Assembly: GCF_009914755.1 (NCBI RefSeq)
Contig: NC_060932.1
Strand: one strand, 5' to 3'
DNA: 64,000 nucleotides
Source of the DNA: the human T2T-CHM13v2.0 reference genome, Homo sapiens
The position numbers and the translations under genes were made by a program. Below the pieces are notes generated by a model that was not told the origin of the DNA, did no database searches, and was given only the letters and a program-made list of their open reading frames with translations. Numbering within the stretch: the stretch's first letter is position 1; the number at the start of each line of letters is the position of its first letter. Of the stretch, positions 16,004 to 36,666 are shown one piece after another.

Positions 16004-16449
16004 TAAAATCCACCATTATTCATCCACTCAATAAACACTTCTTGATGTATTAGGCCTTTGACTGGGAGCTGGAGATATAAAGACCTTGCCCCCAAGAAGC
16101 ATAGTACAGTATAGGACAACCTTGTAGTATGGTAAGTTCCAAATCAAGTGTTTATAGAGTGCCTATTATGAAATAGATATCCAAATATGTTAAGAAGGTA
16201 AATCACGTTACTTATTCTTAAATAATTCAATATCGAAATGAAAAACACAATTACAGAATTGTGTGACATTCACAGTGAGTAATAAGAAAGGAATTATCAG
16301 GCAACCTTCAAAAAACAAACAGGGCTTCAGATTATTGCAAAAGGTGTATGGGTTTAAGAAATGGAGAGTACTATGGGATGAAAATGAACAGAAGCGTGAG
16401 GGTATGAAGGAGTTTGGATCTTATGGGAGCTAAGAGAGGACCACGAGAG

Positions 16450-16810
16450 AGATGTTTTGCATGGTACTTGTTTTCTTTTTCTCTCAACTGGGAAGATTTT
16501 TATTGTGAACCTGAGCTAAGATGATACTCAATAAATTTTGTACATTGATCCTTAATTTGTTCTCTAAAACTACACGGCACAAATCTAACCCCTCTTCCAT
16601 AAAATGGACAAATATTACCTGAAGACAATCATCATTTCTTTCCCATCATAAGCCTTAATTTTTTTCAGGATGCCATGTTACTAAGGATATTTTTCTGCAG
16701 CATGATATTGAGACCCCTTCATTATCATTGTGGTTGCCTTTCCTGGAAGCACTCTCTTTGTCAGAGTTCCTTTCAAGACGCCAAGTAGGAAACAGAATAC
16801 CACAGGCCTG
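16450..16810 (-). mobile_element. CR1/L3 LINE fragment, resuming at about 25460-25860 and 26300-26430
   Basis: 'aaatctaacccctcttcca...tgaagacaatcatcat...ggttgcctttcctggaagcactctctttgtcag' resembles antisense L3. Confidence 0.65.
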
Positions 16811-16839
16811 CTTGATTTTATTTTATTTTTTTGAGACAG

Positions 16840-17765
16840 TTTCTTTCTGGAATTTATCAATTTCTTCTAGATTTTCCAACTTCTTGGCATATAGTTCCTC
16901 ACAGCAGCCTTTAATGATCCTTTGAATTTCTGCAGTATCAGTTGTAATGTCTCCTTTTTCATCTCTCATTTTATTTATTTGGATATATTTTTTTCTTAGT
17001 CTTGCTAAAGGTTTGTTGATTTTGTTTATCTTTTTTTAAAAAACCAACTTTTCATTTCATTGGTCTTTTTTTAAAAAATTCTATTTCATTTATTTCTGCT
17101 CTGACTATTTGTTTTACTGTACTGATTTTGGGTTTTGCTTTCTCTTGCTTCTCTTGTTCTTTAATATAGTTGTTTACTTGAAGTTTTTCTACTTTTTTAG
17201 GTAGGTGCTTATTGCTATACACTTTCTTCTTAGTACTGATTTCACCATAGGCCACGGGTCTTGGTATGTTGTGTTTCTATTATTTGCTTCAAGCAATTTT
17301 TAAATTCTTTTTTTTTTTATTAACCCATGGGTCATTCAGGAGCATTTTGTTTAATTTCCATGTGTGTATAGTTTCCTCTTGTTATTGATTGTCAGTTTTA
17401 TTCCATTGTGGTCAGAGAAGATTATTGATATAATTTCATGTTTTTTTTTCAATTTTTAAGGACTTGTTTTGTGGCCTAACATATGGTCTACCCTTGAGAA
17501 TGATCCATTTGCTGAGAAGAAGAATTTGTGCTCTGTAGCCATTGGATGAACTGTTCCATAAAATTTCATTAGTTCTGTTTGGTCTGTAGTGCAGATTAAG
17601 TCCAATGTTTCTTTGTTGATTTTCTGTCTGGAAGATATATCCAATGCTGAAAGTGGGGTGTTGAGGTCTCCAGGTATTACTGTATTGGGGCCTATCTTTC
17701 TCTTTAACTCTAATAGTATTTGCTATATATATCTGGGTGCTCCAGTGTTGTATGCATATATATAC
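16840..17765 (-). mobile_element. L1MA ORF2 (endonuclease/linker) segment, left part of the host L1
   Basis: ORF 17456-17644 (MDISSRQKINKETLDL...GSFSRVDHMLGHKT) is L1 endonuclease sequence. Confidence 0.9.
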
Positions 17766-17793
17766 ACACACACAAACCAATTATATATATATA

Positions 17794-24866
<7,073 letters not shown>

Positions 24867-25458
24867 TATGATTGTTATATCCTCTTGCTGAATTGACACC
24901 TTTATCATTATATAAAGACCTTCTTTGACTCTTTTTAGAATTTTGTTTTGAAATTTATTTTGCCTTATATACACATAGCTACTCCTGCTTCGTTTTGGTT
25001 TTTAATGGCATGGCATATCTTTTTCCATCTCTTTATTTTCAGTCTCTGTGTGTCTTTATAGGTGAAGTGTGTATCTTTTAATCCGTTCAGCCACAGTATG
25101 TCTTTTGGTTGGTGAGTTTGGTCCATTTACTTTCAATGTTATCATTGAATATAAAATAATGAGTTATAGTATATTATTTGCAACCCTCATGATAAGCTCA
25201 AATCAAAAAACATGCAACAGATGCAAAAAAATGAATTAAAACATACCACCAGAGAAGATCACCTTCACTAAAAAGAGACAGGAAGGAAGGAAAGAAAGAA
25301 GGAAGACCACAAATCAACCAGAAAGCAAATAACAAACTGGCAAGACGAAGTCCTTACTTATGGATGATAACATATTTTGGGTGGATAGTTGTTCAATTGG
25401 TGTTCTTGTAGGAAGTAAGATTGCTTGAGGCTTCTATTTGGCTACCTTGCACTGCCTC
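24867..25458 (-). mobile_element. L1MA right part: endonuclease start (-), inverted inter-ORF piece (+, about 25160-25373), and extreme 5' end (-, about 25375-25458)
   Basis: Resumes the host L1MA at 'attgttatatcctcttgctgaattgac'. Reverse complement of the right end, 'ggaggcagtgcaaggtagccaaatagaagcc', resembles the L1M 5' terminus. Confidence 0.8.
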
Positions 25459-25875
25459 CAAAATCTGCTTGCATTTGTTTTACTCTGTTATTTCAATTTA
25501 CTACTCTTTATTCCATCACAGATATATTAACTATCCTATCTTATTTTATTTATGGATTTGGAATCTATGAGTTTATCTTGGTCCTGGCAAAGAATTGTTG
25601 ATCTTCACAATACAAAATATAGATTCTGTAGTTATATCATTAGAGATCAAGTTAACACTCTTAATACAGAGTCTGTAGTTATGTCATTAGAGATCAGGTT
25701 CATTTATTAAAATTCAGTGGGCACAATTGTTCAGCTTGCTATGAATTCACTGGTACACTTTTCCAACTGTATGAAAGATATTACAAGACATTTTCAAATT
25801 ATTTACTAAAATAATATTAATTGGACTTTAAAAAATTTTTAGCAAAACTCATTTGCTATCTAGGAACCCTTTTCT

Positions 25876-26294
25876 TATTTTATTTAATTGTTTATTATAC
25901 TTTAAGTTCTAGGGTACATGTGCACAACGTGCAGGTTTGTTACATATGTATACATGTGCCATGTTGGTGTGCTGCACCTGTTAACTCATCATTTACATTA
26001 AGTATATCTCCTAATGCTATCCCTCCCTCCTCCCCCCACCCCATGACAGGCCCTGGTATGTGATGTTCCCCACCCTGTGTCCTAGTGTTCTCATTGTTCA
26101 GTTCCCACCTCTGAGTGAGAACATGTGGTGTTTGGTTTTCTGTCCCTGCGATAGTTTGCTCAGAATGATGGTTTCCAGCTTCATCCATGTCTCTACAAAG
26201 GACGTGAACTCATCCTTTTTTATGGCTGTATAGTATTCCATGGTGTATATGTGCCACGTTTTCTTAATCCAGTCTATCATTGGTGGACATTTGG
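25876..26294 (-). mobile_element. L1PA5-like short 3' fragment
   Basis: 'tatactttaagttctagggtac'. ORF 26098-26280 [17 protein letters not shown]. Imperfect TSD ggaacc(c)tttt. Confidence 0.95.
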
Positions 26295-27594
26295 GAACCT
26301 TTTATTTTCTAAGTGCTCAAAAATCACATTTAGCCATTGATTCTGGTGTTCTGCCAAAGATCTGATGAAGCTGTGTGACCGATAGTTTCCAGATTCTATA
26401 TCATATCCCTCTTTGAAAATGAATTCATTTGTTCATTTGTATACAGCAGATTCAAGTTATTAGTAAATGAAGATTCTTCTAAATGTCATTTGTTATTTAG
26501 ATAGTCTTTGAAAACCAAATATAAGTATCATTTTCATCAGGGCCAAATAACAGATTTGAATCTACCTTTGTATGAATGTTATTATGACTTTATAGTCTAG
26601 GTTAGCTAATTCTCTTTAATGAGTGGAATAAAAAGCACATTTCAACCTTGTACTTGGTGGAGGCTTTAATTGGGGCAAGGACATTTTTATACAAAGATAG
26701 AGAAAACAATCGCCTATGGAATTTGATTCCTTGCTCCATTCCCTCGCTAGCACCTCTCCACATGCTTGATGATATTTAAAATTTCTTCATAGGGAAAAAG
26801 CTTTTCATCCCACAATTAGAATCAGGCTTAACTTGCTTTTTGAAGAGGTAGTAGGTAATTTGTGTTAAGATATAAATTACCAAGATTTTTGTATCTTGAA
26901 ACAGATTTAGATGATAGAGTGAGGTAGGTGGTGGTGGTTGGTGGGAAGGGGTAGTTTGTTAGAGAGGGTGTTAAGAGTTGGGATTTTCAACGTGAGAGAG
27001 GTGAAGGTTTGAAAATAAGTAAGAAAAGCACTAAAAGGATGAAGTCAAGGGCCTCTAAGAGCCAGCATGATAGATTCTATTTCACAATTTAACACAGGAT
27101 CACCATAGACCAAAGCAAGTTTATAACTAAGGCAATGAAGATCATCTGTCTCCTCCCTTCCCCATTAATTGTGAACTTTAGCTTTATAAGCTCCTAAGAG
27201 GCAGAAAACAAGTCGGAGACCCGTCATCTATTTGGGAGTATATGGTATGTATTTATTGTCCTAGGTGCTGGGTTTATTTTTTTCAGCAAATGAGAGTTTT
27301 CTTACAATTATTAATCAATGATGGAGGAAGTGATCATTAGAGTACACCTTTATATTTTGAAGGATAGTAAAGTTACGCCCACAACTGGATTTTTCTTCTG
27401 AAAGCATGTTTTCAAGATCCTTACAATTTGAACCCCTTTTTTAAACTCCATCTGTTGCACCTTAGTGTCATATTGGAAATTATAACAGAATTTTTAACTC
27501 TTCTTCATTATAATCTTATATAATAATAATTTAGATATAAATTAATTGGCCATAATTTTATAAGTAAACAATAAAATCAAGACTATTGAATGTT

Positions 27595-27738
27595 GGCCAG
27601 GTGCAGTGGCTCATTCCTATAATCCCAGCACTTTGGGAGGCCAAGATGGAGGATTGCTTGAGGTGAGGAGTTTGAGACCAGCCTGGGCAACATAGTGAGA
27701 CCCCATCTGTCTCTCTCTCTCAAAAATAATACATAAAA
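27595..27738 (+). mobile_element. FLAM (Alu left monomer)
   Basis: Single Alu arm. 16-bp TSD AAGACTA(T/C)TGAATGTT at 27579-27594 and 27739-27754. Confidence 0.93.
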
Positions 27739-28872
27739 AAGACTACTGAATGTTAATATATTGCATATAAGTACCATTTCCAATGAGCCATTTATTGGTA
27801 CTTATGGATTCTTGCTGAATATGATATATGATGGTGGTTCATGACAATGTCCTGACATCCACAACAATCAATAAAAGGAAAAACTGCTGAAAGCTTTCAA
27901 GTTTTTCATTGTCTGAAAACTGCAGTTAGTTTGGATAGAAATTTAATTGCCCAGAATTTCAATCTGATTGTATTAGATCCCTTTTGCCAAATTTATAGGG
28001 TTGTCCAAGTATGGTATTTGAAAAATGCTCATAATTTCCAATATCTGCAGGTGGTGAATTCTTTAATCTTTCTTCTTAGCCTCCCTAAGAGGAGAGACAA
28101 TTGGAATCTAAAATACAGTTTATTTCCTTTCCTACTTTTTTTCTCCTTCCCATCCTCCCTTCCTTTCCTCCCTCTATCATCCAATCTCTCTTTCTTTCTT
28201 CTTTTGCTTTCAATCCAAATCAAGCCAAATAAAATGGCAAGACCCCCACAAAATTTTGTTTAACATGTTCAATTTCTTGTTTGAGTAATACAAAGATGCT
28301 AAATTGTTATAACTTTTTATTGCAACTTCAAAGAAACGAGACCTAAGCATTTCCAAAACTAATTACTGCAGATTAAGAGCAACATTGTATGAGAAGCAAT
28401 GTTTTTTTTAAATTGGTTTAATTCAGTTAACTAATGCATACATCTGAAGCTCTTTATGCTTTTTTTCCTTTCTATTTGTCAGTGATAAACTCAGCTCTAT
28501 CTGAGGCATTTGTGTGACATCTTAGGAATTATTAAAATATATTGCCTGCCATTTTCAATTTTTTTAATACTAAGAACCATTCAATTAAACGTATGGAAAT
28601 TTACCACTAGGACATTTCCATGAATGAATACTTTCAACTAGTTGCATTTAAGTGATAGTCATGGTAAAAATTCTGGAAATTTTTCTTAGAGTAAGACTAC
28701 TTTTTCTAATGTTATTTTCTATTTACAAAATGTCTCTTGGTTACAATTAACGAGATTAAATTGTTTAAATTCTACTTCCTTTTCTCCTCACATCTCCAAT
28801 ATCGTCAGGTTATGGTGTGAATCAAAACCAGTGGACTGAACTGAAAGTAGATGGACTGGTAGACCAAGGTGA

Positions 28873-29178
<306 letters not shown>

Positions 29179-30049
29179 GGGAAGGAATGTTTTTGAATCA
29201 TTCCCAATCTTAATAGTTTCTGGATAATTATCATGGTCCATATAGTTTAAAATATAAACAATATTGCAAATATTGAATCCTAGCTCCACTAAAATCCCTG
29301 CCTCCGCAGCCTAGAACAAATGCTTTAATTTTTTATACTTTGGGAAGGTATGCAAATGAACCTGTTATTTTCTATTTTAACAGCTATGAGCTCATAATTC
29401 TTTCAATTAAAATTTATGCACATAGTAACTATCCCTCCCATCTTTTAGATTCAGCTGTTCCTTGGCTTTAGAAAAATCTCTTTGGCAAGCAGACAGGTAG
29501 AGAGTATAAACTGGAACTTCAAAATTTTAAGTTTAAATTGGCAAAATATGTCAACATTGGTAATATTACAGAATTTATGGAATTTAATTTCTTTCAGTGT
29601 TGAAGTATTTCTTGAAATAAATATGGGGCTCTAACACCAATAATATGCCATAATTTTTGTGAAGTGGGGCACAGAAGACAAGCTTTGGAGGACATCTCAT
29701 AAATCTTCTAATTCAATTGCACTTAAACAAGAATCCTCTCTACATCATATCTAGATAAATAATTACTCAGTTTTTGAAGACAGGCTTTCTGTGGACTGCT
29801 TGAAGTAATTTAAAAGATTAGAAAAACAGAAAGATAACCATGCAATAATGCATTTGTTTATTATTTTTAAAATTCTTTCCCAGTGAAAGCCCGAACAGTG
29901 CAATAATATATTTAAAACATAGCTCTCTTACTGGACAATCACTATTATACTATCTCATGGTAGATTTTATTTTGTAAATAATTCAATAGATAACTACTGG
30001 GAAATGGTCAATTCCCCTGAAGTATTTTTATACTCATTTGTTACGAATT

Positions 30050-31380
30050 TTACCATTTAAGACCTTAAAAATTACTTTTAAATGGTCAAAAATAAGTAGT
30101 TATTATTGGGGACTTAGAAAATACCAAAAGGTGAAGGAAAAGAAAAATATGAGTTTTAAGTCTACTATTCAAAGGAAGTTATTATTAAAATTTTGGTGCA
30201 TATTCTTTAAGTCTTTGTTTTATTTATCAGTTTGAAAATATATATTTGAGATTAGTTGATATGGACAGCCCTGTATTCTTTTTGTAAATATTTTAATGGT
30301 TGTTAATAAACACATTTAATATATGCTATAAGAAGTTCTTTACATGTTCCTCACATTATAGCACATTGGAAAGTAACTACTTTTAAGGCATTAAGAGGTA
30401 AACAGATGAAGCTGTTTGAGGCTAGAGGCAACTGTCTTGTGGCACTGGCTGCACAGACAAATCTTGTTATCATTTTTGAGGGCTCGGAAGATCAATGAAT
30501 CAGTAATCTGTTCTGCAGCATGGCAGAATCCACTAGTGGGACAATTCTCCTTAAGGCTATTCTGTATTGTTCTATCATTGGGCATTTAAGATGAATACAC
30601 ATTTTATATTATTATAGGTAATGAACAAACATATTTTGTATTAATACAGATACTCCAACAAAGATGTTTTAATGTCATCTTTGACCATGAAGATTTTATA
30701 CATTTGAGATTATTTATTTCCCTGTAATAAATTCCCCCAAATAGTAGCATTGAATATTTTTGGATATAGATATTTCTAAGAATCCTGATACCTACTCATT
30801 GGTTTTCTAAAGAAGTATCATTAACATTTGAGAATGTTTATTTTATCTCCCCTTCTCTAGCATTGGGTAGTATTTTAAAAACATTTCTGCTATTTTGGTA
30901 GCCAAAAATTGGCATGTAATTTTAGTGAGCATTTTCTAGGTTACTCTCAAGATGAATGCTTGCACATTTACTTATAAGTCACTTTTTTCTAACTTGTGAA
31001 TTTTTGGTTTTGGAGTCATATTCTTTTTTTAAAAAAATCTCTGTGTAAGCTTTTAATATATATATTAAGTATTTTCTCCGTTTTTCATGTCTTCTTCTAT
31101 TTTTTAAAATAGGAGAGTTTTTATTTTGATGAAGTCTAATTATTCATATTTGCCTTTGTCATTTCTTCCACCTTAGAAATGTCTCCATATATTTGATGAA
31201 GATTTTTATATAATTTTTAAAAATTGATTTTACTTTTAACTTCATCCATGAAATCTATTTGGGTTTTTGGCATACCATAAGGAGCTAAATACAATTTTCT
31301 TTCTTTTACATTCAGTTTACCATCTAACACCATTTTAAAAATAATCTGTTATTTTCTTGTGATTTATAATGTCATCTTCA
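30050..31380 (-). mobile_element. Highly degenerate L1ME-like fragments
   Basis: T-rich, with motifs such as 'tttttattttgatgaagtctaatt' and 'ctaacaccattttaaaaataatctg'. Confidence 0.45.
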
Positions 31381-31769
31381 TTTTTCTTTAGTGCGTCGTG
31401 CTTTTTCTGTTAATTAGATTCCTACTTAAAACAAGACTAATTAATTTTTCACATATATCCAAATATTTATAATAACATGGGACTCTTTATTTATCGCTTT
31501 ATTATAGGGACTATTTTCCTTCCACTTACAGGCAAGGTTAAAATGAAAAAAAGAGAGTTTGTCTATTGTGTTGGTAAAGAAAGACAGAAGTGGGAGGAGG
31601 AGAGGAAAATAAGTGCTTTATGATAATTTATTTTTCCCAGAATAGGAATTCACTGGGTGCACACAATATAATTCTTTTTCTCATTTCCGTCTACCCCTTA
31701 GCCATTGTTTTCCTTTGATCTTTTTTCAGCTTTGCAATTATTGTGTGTGGCTGCATGATGTCTAGTGGA

Positions 31770-31788
31770 CCGGCACTAGAGGGCAGTG
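31770..31788 (+). promoter_or_regulatory. CTCF-like core motif
   Basis: CCGGCACTAGAGGGCAGTG matches the CTCF core (CCAC[C/T]AG[A/G][G/T]GGC[A/G]) except for the first C; it lies in unique sequence. Confidence 0.6.
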
Positions 31789-32215
31789 TGAGTGCATGTT
31801 TATGGGTGTTAAACGACACTGTTCAAAGGCCGTTCTAAGCAGAGTTCAAGCTTTGTTGTAACTGATTGCTACTGTGCCTCTTTTTTCTTAACTTAATCCA
31901 TGCTTTTGTTCGGCAGCCTGTACAATAGGAGCCAGTGCTGGGGAGACTATTGCATGTTGCCAGGGAGCTTGTACAACCAAGTAAAGCCTCATTCGGGTCT
32001 TATACGGTGAATGTATTCATTCAGTGATTTGTATTTTTCAACAAAGAATCAGTATGGTGTTATATCTGAGTGATTATAAGTCATTTTTACTTTTATTTTG
32101 TGATATTTTTCAAATTTACTATTGTGGACATGTAAATTACACTATAAGAAAGAATAAATATCATAAAAACTAATATTTCTTATTATTTCTAGCAGTCAAA
32201 ATTTATTGCAAATTA

Positions 32216-32644
32216 CAGTTGGCCCATAAATGATGTAGAGGTTAGGGGCACTAGACCTCCTGTGTAGCTGAAAATTGCATATGACTTTTGACTTCTCCCA
32301 AACTTAACTACTAATAGCCTACTGTTGGCCAGAAGCCTTACTTGTTCATATGGATGGGTACATATTTCATGTTATACATGTTACATACTGCATTCTTACA
32401 ATAAAGCAAGCCAGAGAAGAGAAAATGTTATTAAAATCATAAAGAAGAGACCATATATTTACTATTGCCTAAGTGGAAGTGGATCATCAGAAAGGTCTGC
32501 ATCCAGTTGTCCTCATGTTGAGTAGGCTGAGGAGGAGCAAGAAGAGGAGAGATCGTGTTGCTGTCTCACAGATGGCAGAGAAGGAAGAAAATCCAGGGAT
32601 AAGTGGTACCACAGTTCAAATTCTTGTTGTTCTAGGGTCAACTG
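32216..32644. mobile_element. Tigger2a (MER28)-like TcMar DNA transposon
   Basis: Terminal inverted repeats 'cagttggccc' and 'gggtcaactg', preceded by TA. Internal 'aaacttaactactaatagcctactgttg'. Confidence 0.88.
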
Positions 32645-33619
32645 AATTAAAGATTGTGTTTATGATGGGAACAGAAAGAGAAGAAAAATTCATTAGACTG
32701 TATTTTCCTATCCTGTTAACTAGGGATGATAAAAACATGGCTGTAATGGAAATGGAAAATCTTGTTTTTCCCACTTCTCTTAAGGCAATGCTCTGAAGGA
32801 CTTTCTGCCCAGGCTTTGGGAGCTACATCAGGGACTTGGAGGTTTCTCTCTAACTGATTGGCACTTGGTCCACCAAGGGACACTGAGACAATGTCAAGGG
32901 CACTGTAGCAGTCATGTTTCAAGCTGGAACTCAAGAGTACAATTTCTCACAGATTAATTCCATAGTTCTTTTCATACAGCACTGGTCTTAAATAAATTAT
33001 AATCTAAATTGAATTCTTTAGGCTCTCTTTTCATCTGACTGTCATTTTTAACATTGTTACAATGGAAAAATGCATTAGGAGTTTCAAACAACTAATGACT
33101 TTTAAAATACCGTCTATTTTTTTCTTTTTTTGAAGTAACATCTGTGTCATCAAATGACAGAATGCTAGTAGGTCTCTTTCGTTCAGAGGTCACCAGCAAC
33201 CCACGAACTAGAAATCTGCTATTAGAAGCTGTAGTAGAGGGCTGATTGGCACGAAAAATTAGCTTTAGAATTAATGTAAATTAGCATGTCTAAGCATTTA
33301 AAGCTGACAGTCAATAAACTCCTCCCCGCACCTCCCAAAATACATCTTGGGAGAAGCAAATTGCCTAGGAATTCTAATTAACTGCTGAAGTCCTTTGCCA
33401 ATATTTCACTTTAAGTTGAATTCTCATATGTATTTCTGTTAGTGAACAGGCAGCTTTCTTCTTTCACCAATTAAACCTAAGGTCTTGGAAGTTTTCATTT
33501 TCATCGTTTAAGTTTTGTTTGGTCCTTTACTGTGTTCACCAGTCCAAATTGTACTATGCACCAGTAAACTATTTAAATTCTCCAGAGCAAATAAACTTCA
33601 GGTGTGAGTAAAAAAAAAG

Positions 33620-33850
33620 TGCTGGCAGACGACCTGCCCCCGCTGCCCCCAACCCACCCGCAAATGTCCATGCTCCCATTCCTAGAACCTGTGAATATGT
33701 TACATTACATGGCAAAAGGAATGTTGCAGGTTACAGAGTTTAACATGGGGAGATTATCCTGGATTATCTGGGTGGGCCCAATATAATCATGTAAGCCCCT
33801 AAAAACCAAAAATATTCTCTGGCTGCAAGCAGAAGAGACGCTGCAGACAA
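33620..33850 (+). mobile_element. MLT1D/E-like LTR, 5' fragment
   Basis: 'cctagaacctgtgaatatgttacattacatggcaaaagg...ggagattatcctggattatctgggtgggcccaat'. Confidence 0.85.
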
Positions 33851-36666
33851 AACATTGTCACACCAAATACCAAAGACAGGCTGGATATCAGAAACACGGC
33901 TGACATGAGCGCTGGGGGTTCAGAGAGGAGTTATAGCCTGAGTTATATCCTTCTGGGGTGGAGCTGCAGGTGGTTTACATATAGCAGCACAGGCTTTGGC
34001 CTTAGGTCGGCAGTGAGACAGTAAGTTGCTGGGCTTTCTAAATTTGTATTTGCACCAATGCATGGAGTTAGTTTAAATGATGTGGATTATAGTATGACAC
34101 AGACTAGGAATAGTGGGTGATACAGAACCAGATGCTCATTTGAAGAAACCAAGACAGAAACTTTTTGCTGCTGCTGTTAACACCTGGATAACTTTTCACC
34201 TGGTCATTGATGAGGAAGACTTGTTAACTTCAGAACTTTCTTTACTGAGGCCCTACACTGACAGTGAGGTAAGTGTGGTAATTTAATTGTAGTTGCTTAT
34301 ATAAATTACCTGTTAATAAACAAAACACAATTCCTTTCATAATGTAGTTTATATCCTTTAGTGAACTTTTAAAAATTATATTTATAAAGTAGGGACTGAA
34401 GTACTTTTCCAGGTCTCATTAAAACCCAATGTGCTGATGTAAGAACAGATTGATGATTGAGTAAAGATTGCTGTACCTAAGGAGGCAAACTAGGCAAACA
34501 GCCCCCTCTTCCCCTTAGATTAATGTCTGAACAAGACCTATTTAAGTCTACATGAACCATATGTTACATTTTCAGTTCCTTTCAAAACACATGTTGGTAC
34601 GGTTTAAGCAAAACATTCATTACTTTAAAAAATACCCTCTGCTTCTAATTTTAAAAGCATGTGAGTAAATGCATCGCTCATTAGTGTGAGAAAAGCACTG
34701 TATTGAGCTCCAAGTAGGTAAAAGTGCAACAGCCTTGAGAGCTCTTTCATGTGGCCACCAGTTGGATCTTAATCCTGGGGGAAGTAAAACCTTTCTCCAA
34801 TTAGATTTGCCCTGAATAGAAGGCTTGCTGTGTCCCTCAGCCTGGTACTTTTGTTGCCTGGACTGATGCCCTCTGAAGTCCAGACTTAAACCATTGTTTT
34901 CCTTTCATTTGAGTCTTAAATCGTGTCCTAGACTCTGGAGGTGAACACTTAGTGCAATCAATCCCTGATTACAGTGCTTTCTCCAAATCTGGTTATCATA
35001 TGAGTCATTAGAATAATTGCAGTTGAAACCAACAATTGTAGAGAGGAAGTCAAATGCATAACTTCTACTTCTTGTACTTGTGGAATCAGTTAAAGCTTGA
35101 GGGTTCAATTTTGTTCTTGACCTCAAATAGCTTAAAAGTACATTAAATTGTGAATTTTCTATGAACCATTCAAAAAGACTTGGTGATATTTTGTGATAAA
35201 AATATTATAAAATCAGACATGAAGCTTGATCAAATAAATGTATTCATGGAAGAGGCTCAGAGTTACTTAAGAGATATTAACTTGATGATATTTTACATTT
35301 AATAATTTAAGAATAAAATCACACATTTATGGGAAGAAACATTATCTTCCTTCCAAAGCTAAAAGGCTCCCATCCATCCATCCATTCATTCAAACATTCA
35401 TTCAGAATTTATTTATCATAGGCCTATTATATGCCAGAAAGTCTTTTAGGAATTGGGAATATAGAAATAAGCATAACAAACTCCTATCTTTATATTTGAA
35501 GATATGTTACTTTTTAATAAAGAGAGACAGATAATATAAACTTAAAAAATATAGAATATGTCAGGTGATGATAAATGCTATGAAGGAAAACAAAGTAAGG
35601 AAGACAAAGAGTGAAAGGTATTGGTATTTTCTACAGAGTGGTCAGAAAAGGCCTCTCCAGGAAAATAACATTTGAGCAGAGGCTTTGAAAGGAGTGAGGG
35701 AAGAGTTATGCAGATATCTGGGGGAAGACTGTTCCAGAGTGGTTGAGTCAGAGTGAGAGAATGACAGTGGCAGGAGCTGAGGTTAGTGAGGCAGTGGGGG
35801 GTTAGCAAGTTGAAGGCAGATAATATGGGGCTCTGTGGGCCATCATGAGGACTTCAGCTTTTACCTCGGCATGAGATGGGAAACCACTGGAGAATCTAGA
35901 GGAGAAAGGGATGATCTGCCCTTCAACAGGATCATCCAGGCTACTCCGGTGAATATAGACCATATGAGGGCAAAGATTGGAAGCTAGGTGAGCAGTTAGA
36001 AGGCTACTGCAATAGCTATGTGAGAGAGATGAACTAGGAGAGTAGCAGTGGAGATCTGAGATACGGCAAAGTCTAGATATAACACAAAGGAATAGCCGAC
36101 AGAATTTGCTTTTGGATTGGCTGTATTGTAGGAGAGAAAAAATAGGGTGCATTTTTGGGTTGAGCAAAGAGAAGAATGAAGATTCCTTGTACTGAGATGG
36201 GGAAAACTGCAGGAGGAGTGGGTCTGAAAGAGGTAAGGGAAATTAAGAGTTGGTTTTGGACACATGCATTTTGCCATATCTGATTCCTCCAAGAGGAAAT
36301 TTTAACTCGGCAGTTTGTAATTCAACCCAGGGTTCTGGGCAGAAATACCAACTGAAGATATAAATTTGGGAACCATCAGGGTATCAATGTTGCTTACAAC
36401 CATGGGACTGAATAAAATCACTTGCTAACAGAATCTAGGTAAAGAAGGGGTCTGAGGATTGTGCTTGTGCCCTTTCAAGTTTAGAGGTTGGGGAGGTGAG
36501 GAGGAGTCATTAATGAACGGTGAGGAAGAGAGTGGCCAGTGAGGGACGGTAGCAGTCAAAGGAGTGTGCTCTGGGAAGCCAGATAAAGATAGAAAGGAGA
36601 AGGAGATCAACTTCAAATAGTTGCTGATAGGTGGAATAAAGCAGAACTGAGCAATGGCCATCAGTA

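Noticed and set aside
25625-25700. Repeat-spacer-repeat resembling a CRISPR unit
   Set aside because: Only two copies, primate DNA and no cas genes; kept only as a local duplication.
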